From: Gammaproteobacteria bacterium
GTDB lineage: Bacteria; Pseudomonadota; Gammaproteobacteria; Eutrophobiales; Eutrophobiaceae
Direction: 5' to 3'
DNA: 64,000 bases
Assembly: GCA_965243205.1 (NCBI GenBank)
Contig: CBDEUK010000001.1
Coordinates: forward strand, 32,001-96,000
Both the position numbers and the translations under genes were made by a program. Positions 17,833 through 27,108 of this stretch are shown in pieces; position 1 is the first letter of the stretch, and each line of letters opens with the position of its first letter. Below the pieces are notes generated by a model, which was not told the DNA's origin, ran no database searches, and saw nothing but the letters and a program-made list of their open reading frames with translations.

Positions 17833-20433
17833 TTATATAGCTCTAACGACTCTCGCGCTTGAGCTGTATTGCATGATGGCTGTGTTAGCAGCTTTTAATT
17901 GAGTCGGTGTATGGCACACAACAAATTGGTCGCCATAAGCTTCTTTCTCGCCTGTGAAATCGCCATTTGCATCGCGAGCGTCTTGCAGTTGACCCATTTG
18001 CCAAGGTTTCATCATGCGGAACCTAGTAGTGTTACGTTCGCCGATCACTAAGTAACGATCACCCATGTGCAAGCCAGGCGCGTTCGATTCAAAGATAGGT
18101 ACGCCTTTTACCTTACCCAATGAACCCATTTCATTTAGGCTGGTGCCAGCTCTCGCAAAGTTTGCTGAAAAATCTCGGGCTTGCTCGACCGCCGTTTTAT
18201 AGGTTTCACTCATGATGCCAAGATCAGCGTTGTAGTAACGTTGGTTTTTGATCATGGATTTACGCAAACCAAGTCGATACAACCATTTACTCCAGTGGTC
18301 TTTAACATCAACTCCACCTGGCAAATCAGTATCAAACGCATAAAGGTTAGTTGCGTATGAATAGCTAACAACGATAGCAGTGGCATTGGCAGGAGTTTGA
18401 ACAACTCCATCTTCGTTAACCACGCTTAGCTCACCTAAGTCATAATCAAGCAAGTAATAATTACCTGCAGCTTGCTCACCAGTACCGTCATACTCAGATA
18501 ACTGTGAACCGCCCACGCTTACCGTCACAGGATTAACCGTATTGCCAACTTGATTACCTTTAAGATCAAACTCACTGCGAGGACGAACAACAGGGAAGTT
18601 ATCAAGGAGAAAAACATTATTGGTGCCGTTAACGTCGCCGCCAATGGCTTCGTTGGTAACAGCAACCGCTTGAAACTCTAGACACGCTTTCAAAATTTCA
18701 TTCATGATGATGTCTTCGAGATCTTCACGAATAATACGGATTGCATTTAAAGCGTTCTCTTGAACGATATCCCAGTTATAAATACTGGCTGCGGTCAAAT
18801 AACGAAGTTCATCAGAAATCTTGAAAGATAACTTTTGAGGGATTGGACGCGCTTCTTCACTGGTTTGAATCATGCCGCTTCGTTTAATGCCCTGCCCTTC
18901 ATACTTGCGGACTTTTCCTTTGCCAGCAGCAGAGGTGTCGCGATAAGAATAAGGAAGGTTTGCAATCGCATTAAAAGGGTATGTGCCAATATTAACAAAC
19001 CTTAATGCGTTAAGATCGTATAAGGCTTCACGAATAACGGTACGTTCGAAAATAGCTGGCACATCAACATCTGGTGTTTGAGCTTGGCCTCCAGCCAATG
19101 CAACAGCCTCTTCATGCAGTCGACCTGCATTTTCGGCGTCATACATAGCGACAGAACCTTCAACAAGATTGCGAACTTCAGGAGAAACGTTATCCATATC
19201 GCGCGCGCTTAAGCCTAAACGCCGGTCTGTAGTTTCTTGTAGTTCACGAATCGCATTTGAATCATCAATACTGATATGAGTATTTCCGTGAGGGCCGTTA
19301 AAACCTCGGTCAGCCAACTGCTGTGTTACTGACAATTGATTAGCAATCTTTAATTGGCTCTCTGCAAATTTCTTGACTTGTTCCTCAGTCATATCAGCAG
19401 TAATAAGATCGCTATCATTTAGCATGGCTTGATTTTCTTCACTCAAAGAAGTGAAGGTATCCGACGCACTTAATGTGTCGCTAAACAATTGCACATTGGC
19501 GTCTAAACGTTCCTGAGCTTGATCAGCTTCTGCAGCGGCTCGATTACGTTCATCTTCCATGAGTTGAAGAACTTCTTCTTGAGACAGGCCAGTCGTAACA
19601 GATAGATTGATAGGCTGACTAGGGTCGACAGAGCCTTCATTGATTTGCTCGGCAAGCAATAAGGCTGACTCTTCGATTGAATCTGCTAACGCTTGTGCCT
19701 GAGCTTCTTCAGTAAAGCCACTGCATTTGTTGATGAACTGATCGCAAAGTTTCTTAATCAGATCCTCGGATAAACCTTTAGCCCGCAGATTCTCTGCCAG
19801 CTTTTTGCGAATAATTTCCCACATCTTAGTAATCTCCTCTGAGAGAGCAATTTTAAATTGAGGCGAAACAGCGTATTCATCACCTTCTTCAAACTCGAAG
19901 CCGATGTTTTCTGAAAGACCTACCTCATCAGGATTAATAGGATCTAAACGTTTGACGCGGGGACGTATCGTTAACGCTGCGCCAACCAGTAAAGTGCCTT
20001 TTTTATCTTCGGTTTCGGGGTCTTTGTAGTCGTTGATAAACTCGACAGAGAAATAACGGAAGCCTTTATTGTGAATGGCATCTACGCCCAGCGCAGTCCA
20101 TTCAATATCACCGAATAATTTATTTCCGCTTCGAATATGCAGCTTATTAATGAACCCAGCGGCACCGTGCATGTCGCTATGAGAGATATTGATCGCAATA
20201 CGCTGACCATAAACATCTTCATTAAAGTTCTTAACCATTTCGCGCAGCATCGCGCGATCGATTTTTAACTCGCCATAAAACGGATCATCGGGATAAGTAA
20301 AAACACGAGTCAACATCACAGTACTGGTCTTACTGCCTTCGGCAAGGTCAACACGATCGGTGTACAAACGAATTGCATCACCCGCATAGTCTTCGAGACA
20401 GATTACCACTTGTGCTAAATGTGACTTGGTCAC
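17833..20433 (-). CDS. Prohead protease (Mu gpI-like) - scaffold - major capsid protein fusion
   Basis: N-terminal INISHS, WTALG, FRYFSVEF, GAALTIRP Mu-like protease motifs; acidic coiled-coil middle; capsid-like C-terminal half (ISDELRY, GKVKGVPIFES). GTG start with GGAG. Confidence 0.85.
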   Translation of the reverse strand: MTKSHLAQVVICLEDYAGDAIRLYTDRVDLAEGSKTSTVMLTRVFTYPDDPFYGELKIDRAMLREMVKNFNEDVYGQRIAINISHSDMHGAAGFINKLHIRSGNKLFGDIEWTALGVDAIHNKGFRYFSVEFINDYKDPETEDKKGTLLVGAALTIRPRVKRLDPINPDEVGLSENIGFEFEEGDEYAVSPQFKIALSEEITKMWEIIRKKLAENLRAKGLSEDLIKKLCDQFINKCSGFTEEAQAQALADSIEESALLLAEQINEGSVDPSQPINLSVTTGLSQEEVLQLMEDERNRAAAEADQAQERLDANVQLFSDTLSASDTFTSLSEENQAMLNDSDLITADMTEEQVKKFAESQLKIANQLSVTQQLADRGFNGPHGNTHISIDDSNAIRELQETTDRRLGLSARDMDNVSPEVRNLVEGSVAMYDAENAGRLHEEAVALAGGQAQTPDVDVPAIFERTVIREALYDLNALRFVNIGTYPFNAIANLPYSYRDTSAAGKGKVRKYEGQGIKRSGMIQTSEEARPIPQKLSFKISDELRYLTAASIYNWDIVQENALNAIRIIREDLEDIIMNEILKACLEFQAVAVTNEAIGGDVNGTNNVFLLDNFPVVRPRSEFDLKGNQVGNTVNPVTVSVGGSQLSEYDGTGEQAAGNYYLLDYDLGELSVVNEDGVVQTPANATAIVVSYSYATNLYAFDTDLPGGVDVKDHWSKWLYRLGLRKSMIKNQRYYNADLGIMSETYKTAVEQARDFSANFARAGTSLNEMGSLGKVKGVPIFESNAPGLHMGDRYLVIGERNTTRFRMMKPWQMGQLQDARDANGDFTGEKEAYGDQFVVCHTPTQLKAANTAIMQYSSSARVVRAI

Positions 20434-20452
20434 TTTTCATTTCTCCAAACGC

Positions 20453-20516
20453 AAAAAAGCCGGAGCCTCTTTCGAGGATCCGGCTTTTCGCTTGAATACG
20501 TTATGCCTTAGTTCAG
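20453..20516 (-). terminator. Conserved 64-bp leader with intrinsic-terminator hairpin, copy B (in front of the capsid gene)
   Basis: Minus strand CTGAACTAAGGCATAACGTATTCAAGCGAAAAGCCGGATCCTC-GAAA-GAGGCTCCGGC-TTTTTT. Confidence 0.85.
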
Positions 20517-20538
20517 ATTAAATAATTAGCTTATTTGA

Positions 20539-20802
20539 TTAAGAAGTCAAGGGTTCTATCTTAATCTGTAGAGCTTTCTTTATGCGAGACTTATACTTTT
20601 CACACATGCTTTCATAGCTCTCAAGAATTTCGTCCTCATCATCAATATTTATAAATACATGAAATATATTTTCTTGCGTTTGATTAGAAGGGTTATAATT
20701 AATCAGATAAGTCGCTCCGTTCTGAACGACCCAAAAGCTAACAACAACATTATATCCGTCTATATTCATAATGGCTGATATTGTAATGGAACTGTCACCC
20801 AT
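20539..20802 (-). CDS. AT-rich hypothetical protein (moron-like)
   Basis: 87-aa ORF overlapping the Com-like gene; no recognisable motif. Confidence 0.5.
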   Translation of the reverse strand: MGDSSITISAIMNIDGYNVVVSFWVVQNGATYLINYNPSNQTQENIFHVFINIDDEDEILESYESMCEKYKSRIKKALQIKIEPLTS

Positions 20803-20957
20803 TTAGTACAACGACATTTAGCATTAGCTTGTCCATCAGGGTTAATACGAATTACTCGGGACTTAACCACTATGCCGTCAAATAATTCCCTATCACAATA
20901 AGGGCAATTAACTTTTGGTCTTGGGCCTGACTCAATTAGATTATTCACCGTCGTCAT
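20766..20957 (-). CDS. Com-like (Mu Com family) zinc-finger regulator
   Basis: CPYCDRELF...AKCRCTKWV resembles Mu Com CxxCxKLLF...RCPRC; ATG 20957 after GGAGG; 63 aa. Confidence 0.6.
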   Translation of the reverse strand: MTTVNNLIESGPRPKVNCPYCDRELFDGIVVKSRVIRINPDGQANAKCRCTKWVTVPLQYQPL

Positions 20958-21081
20958 CAACTTCCTCCAAATCACCTTCTACTTCACCAACTTCTTGCAA
21001 ATAAGCAAGCTCGGCGTTATCTCTTGTCAAACCAAACGCTTTCATGAGTTCGTTTATACGTTTTTCTTTTTCTTCGATCAT
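20941..21081 (-). CDS. 46-aa acidic protein, candidate MuF-toxin immunity (absent from the ORF track)
   Basis: ATGA overlap with the MuF stop; MIEEKEKRINELMKAFGLTRDNAELAYLQEVGEVEGDLEEVDDDGE. Confidence 0.55.
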   Translation of the reverse strand: MIEEKEKRINELMKAFGLTRDNAELAYLQEVGEVEGDLEEVDDDGE

Positions 21082-22922
21082 TTTAGCCATCCTTTTTTTA
21101 TAAAAAGCCTATCCATTGCATCGGCAATTGGTTGAAAATCATCTTCATCCCATTGGGTCATAATAGGGATAGGGCTGCGCTTTCTTGCGTCTATCTCAGC
21201 TTTTGTTTGTTCTAACAAAAACTCATCCCCTGAGCGAATTGCGATGTATTGAGAATAGCTCCGCGCCCATAATTCCTCGGTCTCCAAAAGATATTTTAAA
21301 TGCTTTTTAGGTACTGTTAAGCCATCAATTCTCCGAGGCCCCCGAAATAAACTAACTAGCCCTTTGATCGCTTTAGATTTCGCAACCGATTCTCTCCAGT
21401 CATTAAAATCGCTGTCATGCGTAGAAGAGAAGTCTTTTGACCCAAAAGCTTGATGATCAATAAAATGGCCTATCTCATGAACTAAAGTAAGCTCCTTATG
21501 TTCGCCGGAACTTCTTATTTCAATATCGATAGCTCTTCCATTCGTCATATATCGGTAACTACCAAAAGATTTACGTTTTCGAGATTTAACAATTTCAATA
21601 ACCGGTAAATCACCATCACCATGAACACTGTCAATAGCCTTAAGAACTCTGTCCGTTTCACGCTTAAAAGCCTTTGCCTGCAGTGCCCCAGAAACTGGAG
21701 CTCCAAGAGTCGCAAATGTTTTAGGTTGCGCCAAATCTAAAGGCACTGGTGCGACATTAAGATTATTAGTGTTAATGCCTTTTTTCTCAAAACGGACTTT
21801 TAAAATTTTCCACGGCGTGGTTATTTGATTTGTTTTAAGTAAACCAGCCTCAAGCGCTGCGCGTTTTTTTCTACCAAGTATTTGCTCTTGTGTAGTACCA
21901 GATTGCCGTTTTAACCAAGCAATAGGATCTTCTTTAGTTTTACGATCGATATCATCTACTTCGTCAGTAAAAACAACTTCGATAAAGCTTAAGGTATTCG
22001 GGTGAGCGGGATAAGGGTTTTTGCCTTTAGGGTAAACGCCATTACCTAAACCATAACGATTTATGTTCGCATGCATGTCACATATATCTGGACGTGGGTG
22101 TAAATGTGATAATAAAAAACGTGTGCCAGCTGTATCATCTAATTCAAACACTGACTCTTCATAGGCTTTGTTATGTGCTCGGTTTATTTCAGTACGAAAC
22201 ACACGCAAAACATTATTGTATGGATTACCCTCACCGGTCATTAATAGCTTGCCAACTTCATCAGCAATGCTTGAAGATTTAGCTTTTTTTAATTTTTGTT
22301 GAACATCAAAAGGAATAGACTCCCCGCGACTTAAAAAACTTTGCGCAGCTTCGCTAGCAGAGGTGCCTTGTATAACGGCAGATTGAATTGCCGTTCCAAT
22401 AATCTCTCGTGCATGATTATCAATACGCCATAAACGATCGGATAACTGTAAACCATCATCAGCAATAAAATTTTGCACAAATAAAACAGCGTCTTCAGCA
22501 ATGCCTCCAAGATCAACATTTATCGGCTCATCAATGACAGGCTCAACTCCTAACCTAGCCGCGGCAACCATCTTATCTGTTAAAAGTTCGTTACGTGAAA
22601 CGTATAACTGATTTAATCTGGAATTAACATTGTTAAGCAGCTGCTGCAGCTGCTCGCGTCGCACCGTATCACCGGCGGATTCAATTTGTTGTTTTATATC
22701 GTCGCGCGCCTGTTCATAAGAGCGAGCGAGTTCGTTGATAGTGTCAGAATCAAGTTGATCAATTTGATCTTGAGCAAATTGAGAAGCGCGTTTTATTTTT
22801 GCTTTTCTAGCTGTCGGCCCGCTTTCCATGAGCACAACAGCCGCATGACCGTACAAGCTAATGACTAAAGCTATTATTAGAAAACACGCAAAGCTCTTCA
22901 GCCATTTCAGGGTTTTCTGCAA
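21078..22922 (-). CDS. Minor head morphogenesis protein (MuF / SPP1 gp7-like) with C-terminal HExxH metallopeptidase-like domain
   Basis: LSDRLW, RVFRTEINRAH, DICD, PAHPNT MuF motifs; LVHEIGHFIDH and ELWARSY in the C-terminus. True start probably downstream (for example ATG 22829). Confidence 0.8.
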   Translation of the reverse strand: MQKTLKWLKSFACFLIIALVISLYGHAAVVLMESGPTARKAKIKRASQFAQDQIDQLDSDTINELARSYEQARDDIKQQIESAGDTVRREQLQQLLNNVNSRLNQLYVSRNELLTDKMVAAARLGVEPVIDEPINVDLGGIAEDAVLFVQNFIADDGLQLSDRLWRIDNHAREIIGTAIQSAVIQGTSASEAAQSFLSRGESIPFDVQQKLKKAKSSSIADEVGKLLMTGEGNPYNNVLRVFRTEINRAHNKAYEESVFELDDTAGTRFLLSHLHPRPDICDMHANINRYGLGNGVYPKGKNPYPAHPNTLSFIEVVFTDEVDDIDRKTKEDPIAWLKRQSGTTQEQILGRKKRAALEAGLLKTNQITTPWKILKVRFEKKGINTNNLNVAPVPLDLAQPKTFATLGAPVSGALQAKAFKRETDRVLKAIDSVHGDGDLPVIEIVKSRKRKSFGSYRYMTNGRAIDIEIRSSGEHKELTLVHEIGHFIDHQAFGSKDFSSTHDSDFNDWRESVAKSKAIKGLVSLFRGPRRIDGLTVPKKHLKYLLETEELWARSYSQYIAIRSGDEFLLEQTKAEIDARKRSPIPIMTQWDEDDFQPIADAMDRLFIKKGWLK

Positions 22923-23103
22923 TTGACTTAAAAGTCTTGTCTATATTCAAAATAGATTCCTGTCTGTGCTTCCTAACCTCATTAAAGGCATCTAAAATTT
23001 CTTGTTTCATTTCAGGAATCATTAAATCAGGCTGTTCACTAAGGATACTTAAATATTGTGATAAAGCCTTTTCGCATATATTCAATGTTCTATCGGTTAT
23101 CAT
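22858..23103 (-). CDS. Phage hypothetical protein
   Basis: RBS AGGAG; fills the gap between portal and MuF genes. Confidence 0.55.
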   Translation of the reverse strand: MITDRTLNICEKALSQYLSILSEQPDLMIPEMKQEILDAFNEVRKHRQESILNIDKTFKSIAENPEMAEELCVFSNNSFSH

Positions 23104-23111
23104 ATTAACTC

Positions 23112-24494
23112 CTATTTATTACTCACATCGGTCGCACTTTCTTTTTTCTTCGCGTTCCCTGGTGTTATTTTCACACTACGCGACCCAATTCCGTCTTCAT
23201 AAGTTGGGTAAGGATCTCCCCCTTCGAGCTCATCTGTCAAACGTTGCTTTTCTTTAGCTGGAACAAGTCCCATAGTTTCAAAAACAGTGGTTTTACTTGC
23301 GCCGCCCGCTTGCTGTTTCAAGGCTCTGTCGGTTGCCTGGTTAAGAGTTTCAGTAACTCGTTCGTTAAACTCAACTTTTACACCATGATTACGTGGATCA
23401 ATATTGTTTAACAACAACTCAAGCTCAAAACCTTCTTGATAAACTGCAGACAGCTCGTCTTGCATGGAATCCACTTCTTCAAAAAAATCACGTTTCATGT
23501 CTTCTAGTACATCACGCGAAATATTTTGCGCGTAACCAAACAAGGCCTTTGGAGCAGGCGCACCAGTAAAAAAAGTATCAACTAAATAAAGAACATCGTT
23601 TATCTGATCTAAGTTTTCATCGCCTTGTAATGCGCCTACAGCACCTTTTTTATTTAGAAAATAATCGAGATCAATAGCTTGAGTTTTTCTTCTCTGTTCG
23701 ACGTCGTTTTTGTAGGCTTCCAATTCTGCTTCAGTAGCTCCTTCAAGCACATGAACTTTTTGAGATGGAGCTCTGTCGTGTCTTCGAATAACTAAATCTT
23801 CATCCGTCAAAGTCATTTTCTTAAATATTGTCATTGCTGCATCGAGCATCGGTCTACCCATGCAACCTAAATCATCATAGTTATCTGGATCCAGCCTACC
23901 GTGAGATATTTGCCATAAAGGAAAAGAAGCTATCTTCTCGCTAGTCATAGCATCTAGTTGATGGTAAGCAGTTTGTATGTCTTTAAATATGCCATTCTCA
24001 CTCACATCAGGAATCATTGTTTCGCTGGGCATGCGCACCGCATTCCATATTTTATTATCTGCGCCTAAAACCCACTGCAAAAACAAATTGCCTTCCTTTA
24101 TGTAGCCACTAGCATCAGACATAAGTTTGGCTCTGTTACCAAGGCCTAGTCGATATGAAAAGTCATCCCAAATTTTTAATACTCGTTTATTATTGTCTTT
24201 AACGTTGCAACGTAATCCTGACTTTGTCATAACAGTACTAGTTTTTCTGTGAATCCGTTTGCAACGCGGATCCTTCCGGTCCATATCTCTAATAGACAAA
24301 ACAATATTACGAAAATTAGAATCGACCCAAAGGAGACGATATAAATACTGCATTCGATTTTCAGGATTTGGACGGTAACCAAGTTCGCCAGGTAAGTTAT
24401 TAACCTGGTTAGAAATCTTTGAGTCACTAATGGACTTATTACCAACTTTAAACAGCTCTCTTAACTGTCGAAATTGAGAAGAATAACTTTTCAT
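23112..24494 (-). CDS. Portal protein
   Basis: 460 aa directly after TerL; YIKEGNLF, GRPMLDAA and helical C-terminus typical of portals. Confidence 0.8.
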   Translation of the reverse strand: MKSYSSQFRQLRELFKVGNKSISDSKISNQVNNLPGELGYRPNPENRMQYLYRLLWVDSNFRNIVLSIRDMDRKDPRCKRIHRKTSTVMTKSGLRCNVKDNNKRVLKIWDDFSYRLGLGNRAKLMSDASGYIKEGNLFLQWVLGADNKIWNAVRMPSETMIPDVSENGIFKDIQTAYHQLDAMTSEKIASFPLWQISHGRLDPDNYDDLGCMGRPMLDAAMTIFKKMTLTDEDLVIRRHDRAPSQKVHVLEGATEAELEAYKNDVEQRRKTQAIDLDYFLNKKGAVGALQGDENLDQINDVLYLVDTFFTGAPAPKALFGYAQNISRDVLEDMKRDFFEEVDSMQDELSAVYQEGFELELLLNNIDPRNHGVKVEFNERVTETLNQATDRALKQQAGGASKTTVFETMGLVPAKEKQRLTDELEGGDPYPTYEDGIGSRSVKITPGNAKKKESATDVSNK

Positions 24495-24497
24495 AAC

Positions 24498-26096
24498 TTA
24501 CCCCGTACCGGCGTTTGGTAAAGCCGGTGTTTTTTCAATCATATTTTCTCGTGTAGTACTACTATTTAAGATCACAGTTTGAATTGTAGCAATACCACGA
24601 GTATATAAAGCCCAGTAAGCGACAATGAAGGCATCAAACAAATCATCGCCAACTTTTGAATTTACCATCTTATAACTTGCATAAGTTGCTTTTGTTTCTT
24701 CAGCTCTAATATTAGCCAATTGTCTAACCAATAACACTAACCCAGATAAAGCTGGATCGTTTGCATGAAAATCTTCAAAGTATGGAATCGCAATTTGTCT
24801 ATTACGGAATGCCTGGCTAGCAACAACTGCCATAGAATGTTTTTGCATACCTTGAAACTGCACAGGAGAAAAAGCCCACTCATTCCATGAACTAGCGGTG
24901 CTATTACCATCATTTATAGCTTGGCGATTGATGTTAATTAAATTTTCATTGAACAAAACATCATTAACATGCCCGATTAAACCTATGCCAAAGGCATCGC
25001 CCATACCGTAATCTGGATTAAAATATCGCCACAACTCAACCAAATCTCTTTCAATAACCGCCTCATCTGTACCAGGTGGCCATGTGCGCGCATAGATAAC
25101 ACAAGTAAAACTTCCTAGTTGCTCTAAAATAATAACGGCTGATTTAGATGACTCTGGTTTTTCACCATGCCCTGTATGGTCATAACCAATTGAAATAAGT
25201 CCTCGTTTTTTATACTTCACACCTGGCAATGGTTCTGCGAGCTGTATATCAGCCATTAAACCAGTCACCATTGCAATACGAATAAACTTCTCCCAAATTA
25301 AATTTCGTGATGTGACATTTTTACAAAGTAGCTGACGAATATATTCTTCTGAGGAAAGTTCTTTACGCATATCTTCCATAAAGTTTTTATGCAGTATCCC
25401 CATCTCTATACCAAGATGAACGTTAACTAATGGCAGCTGACGATATAAACCAGAATCAATTAAACCTTGCAAAGTATCAGCGCCTTTAAAAACGCCAGTA
25501 ATCCGAATTTGAGGCGGCTCATCGGCTGAGCTTTCAATAGCGCCTAATCTTCTTGTTGAGCCCAGCATTAAAAGGAAGCGCGAATACAAGCGATCGCTAG
25601 GCATGTCATCAACTTCTTCTAGTGATGCGCAAGTTAAATCGCCGCCATCCACATTAGCCATGATGCCGTAACAATGCGCACGCGACTGATTTGCAAACAT
25701 ATAGTATGTGTCTGCGATTTGCCTGCGTCCGCCTTTATGATCGATATAAGCCTCTAAAATCTGTGAGCGACGAATAGCATCCAAATGATAATCAAGGTTT
25801 ACCTTAGACTGGGCCTCGCGTGGAGCGACAATCCCTAATGACTGATCGGGCTGCGTTGAATTTTTCTTAAGACAGTACAGTTCTTTTATTGCTGTTTTAC
25901 CCGTCCGCCTACAAGAGTTATCCACGGTGTTAGGGCTTTCGTCCATTTCAATGCACTTAAGGATTTGCATGGGATCTAAGGTCACATTATGGACATACTT
26001 GTGCCACAAAGCATGATCGTGTTTATATTTTTGAACCTCGACTTCAGCAAGGTTACGCATTTCAATTCGTTTGGTACGTGAAATACGATTAGCCAT
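24498..26096 (-). CDS. Terminase large subunit
   Basis: Walker A SCRRTGKT, Walker B-like ASLEEVDD, RNase H-like IGYDHTG and GDDLFDA. Confidence 0.88.
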   Translation of the reverse strand: MANRISRTKRIEMRNLAEVEVQKYKHDHALWHKYVHNVTLDPMQILKCIEMDESPNTVDNSCRRTGKTAIKELYCLKKNSTQPDQSLGIVAPREAQSKVNLDYHLDAIRRSQILEAYIDHKGGRRQIADTYYMFANQSRAHCYGIMANVDGGDLTCASLEEVDDMPSDRLYSRFLLMLGSTRRLGAIESSADEPPQIRITGVFKGADTLQGLIDSGLYRQLPLVNVHLGIEMGILHKNFMEDMRKELSSEEYIRQLLCKNVTSRNLIWEKFIRIAMVTGLMADIQLAEPLPGVKYKKRGLISIGYDHTGHGEKPESSKSAVIILEQLGSFTCVIYARTWPPGTDEAVIERDLVELWRYFNPDYGMGDAFGIGLIGHVNDVLFNENLININRQAINDGNSTASSWNEWAFSPVQFQGMQKHSMAVVASQAFRNRQIAIPYFEDFHANDPALSGLVLLVRQLANIRAEETKATYASYKMVNSKVGDDLFDAFIVAYWALYTRGIATIQTVILNSSTTRENMIEKTPALPNAGTG

Positions 26097-27042
26097 TCCC
26101 TTCGCTCTGCTCGTGCTCGATTAATATCGGGTCGTTATTTGTAGCTTCCTGGCTTTTTTTAATCAAAGCTTTCATGTCGTCCATAACGCCTAATGTTTTT
26201 TGACTAAAATCTTCTAATGATTCATTAGCGTTTGGTTTAGCTGCATCAAGAAAACCTTTCATAGCTTCTTGCTCATCCTGAACTTTTGGCGTCATTTCCA
26301 TATCCGCTAAAGTCATAGAGTTTTTATTAATAAAATCGATTAATGGTTTTAGTAGAGGGTGAGCTTTCTTTTCAGTTACTCTAACCATGCGCCCAAGGCC
26401 AGCATCGTAATATGAGACCAACTGAAAGCCTTCGTCCTTAACATAAGTCCATACAGGATCCTCTACTCGTGGCCCGCCATCCTGAGCAATGGTCAAAATC
26501 ATATCGTTTATTAAACCCTGAATAGCCGCTTGAGTATCAGCGCGCAATCCCATCAACATGCTAGGGTCTTTAGTGTCGAAAGCGATATGATGCTTCATGA
26601 ATAATTCGACTCGCTTCAAGCAGGCCACTTCTTGACTGCAAATACTCTCTCTTAATTCACAGCCATCACATTGAGGATATTTGCCAGGTCTGGCGGGAAA
26701 ATAGTCGGCAACCTTTGCATGCAACCCGTGCTTCATAGCATTGAAACGAGTAATCAGAGTTTCCTCTGGAGTAGGATGCCCTTCGAGATTAGCTGCTGAC
26801 GCCGCCTTGCCCGCTACAGTCTTAGGTCCGGTCGCGTGCGCATGAGCTTTTAAAAGGTTTTGATCCCAGTAAGCCTGTTCGCATTGCTCTTTGCATTGAG
26901 GACAATTCCCATAATAGAAATAAGGATGGTAATCCCGTTCGGGATATTCCTCGATAAGATCGGGCTTTTTCTTGAAACTAATTTTGCAGTCAGGACAATA
27001 AAAAGTTACCTGATTACGTACCGAAATGTTAGAATTATCCAT
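26089..27042 (-). CDS. Terminase small subunit (HGGxSTG-related, Cys-rich)
   Basis: ATGPKTVAGKAAS and FNAMKHGLHA motifs; CPDC, CPQC and CDGC zinc ligands; overlaps the TerL start. Confidence 0.7.
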   Translation of the reverse strand: MDNSNISVRNQVTFYCPDCKISFKKKPDLIEEYPERDYHPYFYYGNCPQCKEQCEQAYWDQNLLKAHAHATGPKTVAGKAASAANLEGHPTPEETLITRFNAMKHGLHAKVADYFPARPGKYPQCDGCELRESICSQEVACLKRVELFMKHHIAFDTKDPSMLMGLRADTQAAIQGLINDMILTIAQDGGPRVEDPVWTYVKDEGFQLVSYYDAGLGRMVRVTEKKAHPLLKPLIDFINKNSMTLADMEMTPKVQDEQEAMKGFLDAAKPNANESLEDFSQKTLGVMDDMKALIKKSQEATNNDPILIEHEQSEGNG

Positions 27043-27108
27043 ACCTTAGAGCAGGCGGATACAAATTAACCGGCAAAGGTATAACAATAGATTTTGTTCC
27101 TAGTGTGG

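Noticed and set aside
1-27042. Gene transfer agent (cluster starts at terS, no replication genes seen)
   Set aside because: Not excluded, but the candidate tRNA att site, morons and MuF extension favour a true prophage whose early genes lie left of the window.
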